A stretch of 64,000 nt of DNA from a virus: positions 96,001-160,000 of the IMG/VR virus record IMGVR_UViG_3300026484_000053. One strand, 5' to 3'. The position numbers and the translations under genes were made by a program. Each line of letters starts with the position of its first letter. Position 1 is the first letter of the stretch. The notes under the pieces were generated by a model. That model searched no databases and was not told the DNA's origin. It was given only the letters and a program-made list of their open reading frames with translations. Of this stretch, positions 59,128 through 64,000 are shown in pieces.

Positions 59128-59346
59128 ATGATTAAAGTGTTAGAAGAAAGATTAAAATACGAGTTAAATAATATAGAGTCTCCAGGTAAATATGCAGAAG
59201 CATTAATGCTTGTTAATATAGTACAAGATTCAAAAAGTATAGATGAAGCACTTGCGTTCGTTGCAAATATGCAAAAACGAGCTAAATCACCAGCTTACGT
59301 ATTGCAATATAAAGCTTATGAAAAAAGATTAAATGCAGCTAAGTAG
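59128..59346 (+). CDS. small hypothetical protein
   Basis: AAGG RBS; downstream of an early promoter. Confidence 0.6.
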   Translation: MIKVLEERLKYELNNIESPGKYAEALMLVNIVQDSKSIDEALAFVANMQKRAKSPAYVLQYKAYEKRLNAAK

Positions 59347-59382
59347 CGTACTAACATAACTAATCGTAATAATTAATATTGT

Positions 59383-59404
59383 TTTAATATTAATGTGTTA
59401 TAAT
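59383..59404 (+). promoter_or_regulatory. host sigma70-type (early) promoter
   Basis: TTTAA-N8-TG-T-TATAAT. Confidence 0.75.
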
Positions 59405-59482
59405 TATATATGATTTTAATCAGTTACTTTACATCAGTGTAAATGTACTATTATTAAACAAAGTTAAATAAAGAGAGACAAA

Positions 59483-60517
59483 ATGGCATCAGAATACGCA
59501 TCAGAAATAGTAGAAGTACAACTTGAACAAGAGGTTCAAACAACATCGATGGACGAATTAGAGTCGTCGTTTAACATTTTTATGGAAGATATTACTAAAG
59601 AGACTCAAAACACATCAAGCAATCTTCAAATGAACGAATTAGAAGAAATAGGTCAAAGTATTATCGATGCGCAAGTATACTTAAGTTCATTTTCAAAAGG
59701 CGAGAAGATGGATTATAAACAAAAAGCTTTTTCTCATTTAAGTAATATGCCTCTTATCGGTAATTATGCTAAAAAGAAAATTGAAGACATTAAAGAAACA
59801 AACCTTAAAAATTCAAGTGTCGTAGATGTTGTTAATAAAATGTTTAATGACTTTGAAGACAAGAAGAAAAAATTATACCAATTAACTGACACAGCAGACG
59901 CTATGCAGAAAAACATGAAAGAGCAAGAAGTTGAACTTCTTAAGTATATCAAGAAACTAGATTATATAGTTCAAAACACGGCAGTACCAAGTGAAAAGCT
60001 AAGAGCATTGTCTTTATCAAGTATGGCAGAAGTACAACAAAAACAAATACAAGAACTTGTATACAACAGAATTGCTTTTATTATGGAGCTAAACCAAGAA
60101 CTTATAGTAAAATTAAGTAAAGTTCTTCCAACTATGAAAAATCAATTATTAAATGAAACTAGCATCGCTGCAATGATTAATGCCATTAAAGATACAATTG
60201 AAATGACTAATGGATTACAAAATCTTACGAACGAGATAGCGATGAACTCAAGTGAAAAAGTTGGTAAAGTAATTATCGAAGGTACTAAAATGCTTTCTAA
60301 TAACGAAGATCAAATTAAATTCCTTGAGACTTCTCAAAAGAGAAATATAGAATATCATAAAGATCTGGCTAGTGCAAGAAAAGAGCATATTACTAAAACA
60401 GTAGAACAATACGCCCAAATAAAGAATGTTAACGCTAATAATACTAAAATGTTAGAACAAATGTCTAAAGACGAAGCTGAATTACTTCAAATTAGTCTAG
60501 AAAAAACACTAGCGTAA
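59483..60517 (+). CDS. toxic-anion-resistance (TelA/KlaA)-like coiled-coil protein
   Basis: All-helical, ~340 aa; MPLIG...K.IED and VLPTMKNQL...IAA...TN.I pattern recalls TelA. Confidence 0.5.
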   Translation: MASEYASEIVEVQLEQEVQTTSMDELESSFNIFMEDITKETQNTSSNLQMNELEEIGQSIIDAQVYLSSFSKGEKMDYKQKAFSHLSNMPLIGNYAKKKIEDIKETNLKNSSVVDVVNKMFNDFEDKKKKLYQLTDTADAMQKNMKEQEVELLKYIKKLDYIVQNTAVPSEKLRALSLSSMAEVQQKQIQELVYNRIAFIMELNQELIVKLSKVLPTMKNQLLNETSIAAMINAIKDTIEMTNGLQNLTNEIAMNSSEKVGKVIIEGTKMLSNNEDQIKFLETSQKRNIEYHKDLASARKEHITKTVEQYAQIKNVNANNTKMLEQMSKDEAELLQISLEKTLA

Positions 60518-60543
60518 GCACAAAGACAATAAAGGACAATAAA

Positions 60544-61044
60544 ATGAAACCAAATTTCTATACAAGAGCAGACATTCTTAGAATGCCTAAAGAAGAGTTC
60601 TATCACTTATGTAACTATAAAGACATACTACTAGAGGATATCCTTACAATAGATATTTACTCGAATAAGATAAACATGAAAGATGGTACTTCTATAAATA
60701 TATCTTCTGAAGAAAGCGCGAAAGCAATTGTTAATGCGAAAAACGTATATGATATGAGTAAGAGTTCTATTAAAGATAACGACACGATAAGCAAAACTCT
60801 TAAGGAAGTAACTGATAAACTAACTCAAACATTTAAAGAAGTTCATGAAGAGCAAGTTGAGTCTCATAATAGACAATTAGAAATAATGAGTAATTATGTA
60901 GAAGAGATGAGTAATAAGCTTACTAAAACGCAAACTAAATACAATAGTGTGGTTGAAGAGATGCAAAGTAAGTCAAAAGAATTAGATACACTTATGACTA
61001 AGGTTGATAAAATTATGAACGTGTTTGCTAAGCTTATCGATTAG
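60544..61044 (+). CDS. hypothetical coiled-coil protein
   Basis: GGAC RBS; heptad-rich C-terminus. Confidence 0.6.
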   Translation: MKPNFYTRADILRMPKEEFYHLCNYKDILLEDILTIDIYSNKINMKDGTSINISSEESAKAIVNAKNVYDMSKSSIKDNDTISKTLKEVTDKLTQTFKEVHEEQVESHNRQLEIMSNYVEEMSNKLTKTQTKYNSVVEEMQSKSKELDTLMTKVDKIMNVFAKLID

Positions 61045-61052
61045 GAGATATT

Positions 61053-61754
61053 ATGTTCGATTTTATTAAAAAGACGTGTTATAACGTTACTAAAGAAGGT
61101 AGAGAAGAACGTGTAAAATTAAAGACTATAGAAGAGATTAAAAACAAAAGGTCTGAATTAGACGTTTTATATTCTAAACATTTAACTATGGTAAATAAAC
61201 TTAAAGACAATAATCTATTAGAAGAAAACAAAGCAGAAGTACAGTTACAATATAAAATAATAGAAGACGACTACTTTAGTACAGCACAAGTGCTGTCAGA
61301 GTTAGAACCACATGAAAGAGAATATGTAGGAGCTAAATTCAAAATACAAGAAGCACTGCCTAAAAATGCTGAACTAAGAATGCAACGTAATAAGAACGTT
61401 AAATTAGATCCCGTACTGTTAAAATTAGAAGAGTTCAGCAAAACAACCAAACTTAAGAGTAAAGTACGTGACTTTATTAGAAGTAAGTCGTTAAACTTAC
61501 TAAGAGAAGAATTAAAAGACGAGATTACGTTAAGTGAAGGATTTTCTAGTATATTAAGCAAACGTGCCGACAATGCTGGCAATATTAATGAAATAAAAGC
61601 ACTGCTGCTTTATTTAAACGCCTCGTTGAATATAATAGAAATAGAAGACGAAACGATGATACTAGGATTTAAATTTTATATAAACATCAGTAATAAGGGT
61701 TTTTTAGAAATCCTTAAAGAATACGATAGCGTGAAATTTAATGTCATATATTAA
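61053..61754 (+). CDS. hypothetical protein
   Basis: AGGAG RBS. Confidence 0.6.
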   Translation: MFDFIKKTCYNVTKEGREERVKLKTIEEIKNKRSELDVLYSKHLTMVNKLKDNNLLEENKAEVQLQYKIIEDDYFSTAQVLSELEPHEREYVGAKFKIQEALPKNAELRMQRNKNVKLDPVLLKLEEFSKTTKLKSKVRDFIRSKSLNLLREELKDEITLSEGFSSILSKRADNAGNINEIKALLLYLNASLNIIEIEDETMILGFKFYINISNKGFLEILKEYDSVKFNVIY

Positions 61755-62292
61755 CACTAACACTCTAGTAGAGGTAAGTACTACAAGTGGAATGGTTTTA
61801 ATAAACCCTTCAGAAATATTAAGCGTTGAATGCACTAAAACTCCTAAAGATAGTAAATTTAAATTATATTCAAGTAATTATGAATATGTTATAGCATCAA
61901 GTACTAAATATTTTAGATGCAAAAGCACAGATTTAGATGATATAAACTATTCTGTTCTTGATACAACGGCTAATGAAGTGATGTCTAAAAATGAATATGC
62001 TAGTATAAACTATGCTGGTAAAAACTATGCTAGTATAAACGGTACAGAATACGAAGTGCATACTAAAGTTATAGGCGAGACAGAATACGAACATTTTATT
62101 ACGCTGCATTTTAAAAGTAATAAAGGTAATAAAGGTACTTATACGTGCAAAGTACCTGATTATACTACGTTTTGTAGTATAAATCACAAAAATGAAGATG
62201 TAACTGAAAAATACTCGACTGTAGTTCAAGACGAAATAAACATAAGAGAAAAGTTTAATAAGGTTTTTAAGACAAAAGAGAGGAACATATAA
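61741..62292 (+). CDS. hypothetical protein with an internal 15-bp x3 repeat
   Basis: Overlaps upstream stop; TATGCT(A/G)GTA(T/A)AAAC x3 near 61996-62040. Confidence 0.6.
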   Translation: MSYINTNTLVEVSTTSGMVLINPSEILSVECTKTPKDSKFKLYSSNYEYVIASSTKYFRCKSTDLDDINYSVLDTTANEVMSKNEYASINYAGKNYASINGTEYEVHTKVIGETEYEHFITLHFKSNKGNKGTYTCKVPDYTTFCSINHKNEDVTEKYSTVVQDEINIREKFNKVFKTKERNI

Positions 62293-62579
62293 TGAAAACG
62301 CTAACATTTGGTAACGATACGTTAAGCATAAACGGTTTTGTTATGAGAATATCTAAAATTGACTATTTCCATTCTGTATACGAAGGTAAGTATGGTCATG
62401 GACACAAATACACCTTACGTGTATCGATTAATAGCATGGAGCATGCACTTTTGAGTAAACATTATGATGATGATGTTGATGCTGAAGCCATTATGAAGAG
62501 AAAAGATGTATTTCATAAAGAATGTATGGAAGAAATTGGAAACTTAACTGAAGAACATACTGATAATAGAGAAATTTAA
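62292..62579 (+). CDS. hypothetical protein
   Basis: TAATG coupling; AGGA RBS. Confidence 0.6.
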   Translation: MKTLTFGNDTLSINGFVMRISKIDYFHSVYEGKYGHGHKYTLRVSINSMEHALLSKHYDDDVDAEAIMKRKDVFHKECMEEIGNLTEEHTDNREI

Positions 62580-62585
62580 TACTCG

Positions 62586-62607
62586 TTTAAAATAGTTATG
62601 ATATAAT
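62586..62607 (+). promoter_or_regulatory. host sigma70-type (early) promoter
   Basis: TTTAA-N8-TG-A-TATAAT. Confidence 0.75.
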
Positions 62608-62666
62608 TATACATGATAAACACTTACAGTTGTAAGATTTATCAAATATTAAACAAACGAGACAAA

Positions 62667-63379
62667 ATGGCTAAGAAAAAGAAAACAACTTATATATTTT
62701 TTTTGATGGTAGTTCTAAAGAGAACTACACTGGATGTGGTATATACGACATGACAAATGACGTTAAAGTACACAAAAGTAACAATAAGACAGCAAATTCA
62801 GGATACGCAGAAAAAGCAGCACTAATATTTGCTATGCAATACGCATTTGATAACAACATCAATCAACCAATGTTCTTTACAGATAGGAAAGATCTTGCAA
62901 AAACAGGTATAGCTAAGAACTTTTTAAATAAGTTTAATTTTAGGCATCCAACAGACGCAAGGTGGCAACCAGAATTACATTGGATACCAAGAGAATTAAA
63001 CAAAGAAGCAGATAAAATAGCATCTAAACCTCCTGTAGTAAACTCTATCCAAATGAAAACACCAGTACAAGATATAGTAGGTGATAAATTAAGATCTTAT
63101 TCTTTAGACAGAAGAATTAATTTATTACAGAGATTAGCTAAAACCAAACAAGAAATGGAAATGGTTATACTTATTAAAGAACAAGTTAAAGCTCAATACA
63201 ACTTCCAAATAAATAAAGATACTAAAAAATTTCAGAAGTTTATTAATACAATCATAAGTTATGATGAAATGAGTAATTATACATGGAAAAGACTTAATAA
63301 GAAAGCTCGCAAAGATACAGTAACAGAATTTAAAGGTGATGCTATAGAAAACTTCATCAGATCTAGAAACTTAATATAA
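62667..63379 (+). CDS. rnhA: ribonuclease HI-like protein, frameshifted at T8 (62697-62704)
   Basis: Restored N-terminus MAKKKKTTYIF(F)FDGSS...GCGIY; ANSGYAE, FTD and WIPRELNKEADKIA catalytic motifs. Confidence 0.8.
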
Positions 63380-63388
63380 AGGATTAAA

Positions 63389-64000
63389 ATGAAATATTTT
63401 AAAACGCCGCATAAGCCGACAGCGTCGGAACTAGTAAACTGGTTCCAAATAGAATGCCCAGAAGAGGCAGAAGCAATGAAGGATTCTGATCATCATTATT
63501 TAGATACTGTACCTAATCCTTGGCACTACGAGTCGTCTGTTTGGACGCATACAATGATGGTACTTAAAGTAGCCGAAATACACAATGCGTCTAAGACTAA
63601 TCTTATTGCAGCATTGCTACACGATGTTGGTAAGCCTTTAGCTCAAGAATTTAAAGAACTAGAAGAACACCCATTCGGCAAATATAGATTTATAGGACAC
63701 GAAGGAATATCATTTCACTTAAGTATAAAGATACTTAATAAACTAGAAAAATTACAAGTACTGAACACAGAAGAAAAAATACACGTACTTAAGCTTATTT
63801 CATTGCATGGCTCGTTATTTGACTATATTAAAGACGGTAAAGAAACGTCTAATAGCTCTAAAGTATATAATATGTTTGAAAACACATTTAAAGGTAAACA
63901 ACAATTTATAGAACTAGTTAAGATGGTAAAATATGACCATATGGGTAGATTTTCTGTAGATATGGATAGCATTGACGATACGGCTGATAAGCTTGGTAGT
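63389..64000 (+). CDS. 3'-truncated HD-domain phosphohydrolase (not in the ORF track)
   Basis: AAGGA RBS; HYESSVWTHTMMV...AALLHDVGKP...FIGHEGIS; open to the window end. Confidence 0.85.
   Translation, partial: MKYFKTPHKPTASELVNWFQIECPEEAEAMKDSDHHYLDTVPNPWHYESSVWTHTMMVLKVAEIHNASKTNLIAALLHDVGKPLAQEFKELEEHPFGKYRFIGHEGISFHLSIKILNKLEKLQVLNTEEKIHVLKLISLHGSLFDYIKDGKETSNSSKVYNMFENTFKGKQQFIELVKMVKYDHMGRFSVDMDSIDDTADKLGS

Noticed and set aside
1-64000. Alternative genetic code, tRNA genes, inteins or homing endonucleases
   Set aside because: Conserved genes are full length under the standard code with all three stops used; no cloverleaf, intein or HNH/GIY-YIG/LAGLIDADG motifs were noticed by eye

Overview
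This window is a segment of a large, AT-rich, T4-related myovirus genome. No host genes, tRNAs, CRISPR array or integrase were seen. Recognisable T4-type morphogenesis genes occur in a scrambled order: tail fibre and chaperone, baseplate gp7/gp6/gp25/gp5/gp27/gp53/gp48-like genes, a tape-measure candidate and a tube-like gene (5.3-22.2 kb, minus strand); prohead core, gp21, gp22 and gp23 (plus strand); gp18 sheath (minus); and the gp2 end protector. Two promoter classes are readable directly. I found 16 exact T4-type late boxes (TATAAATA), including two perfectly palindromic bidirectional sites. Six host-sigma70-type sites (TTTAA-N8/9-TGnTATAAT) lie on the plus strand, which points by inference to a Campylobacterota host. 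The most unusual accessory content is: (i) a Pol-beta nucleotidyltransferase + PD-(D/E)xK nuclease + ligase/HIGH-NTase fusion operon (1.3-4.6 kb); (ii) a ~23 kb late-transcribed block of acidic PKD/Ig/LamG/PA14/FN3 and novel-repeat proteins (32.4-55.4 kb) that looks like an elaborate extra virion appendage; (iii) a phage-borne membrane histidine kinase + receiver protein + membrane partners, partly under a late promoter (55.5-59.0 kb); (iv) a late-promoter-driven structured non-coding region (30.2-30.4 kb); (v) a GNAT protein with a capsid-targeting-like N-terminus; and (vi) an RNase H gene frameshifted at a T8 tract. All protein-family calls come from motif recognition by eye; no database searches were run.
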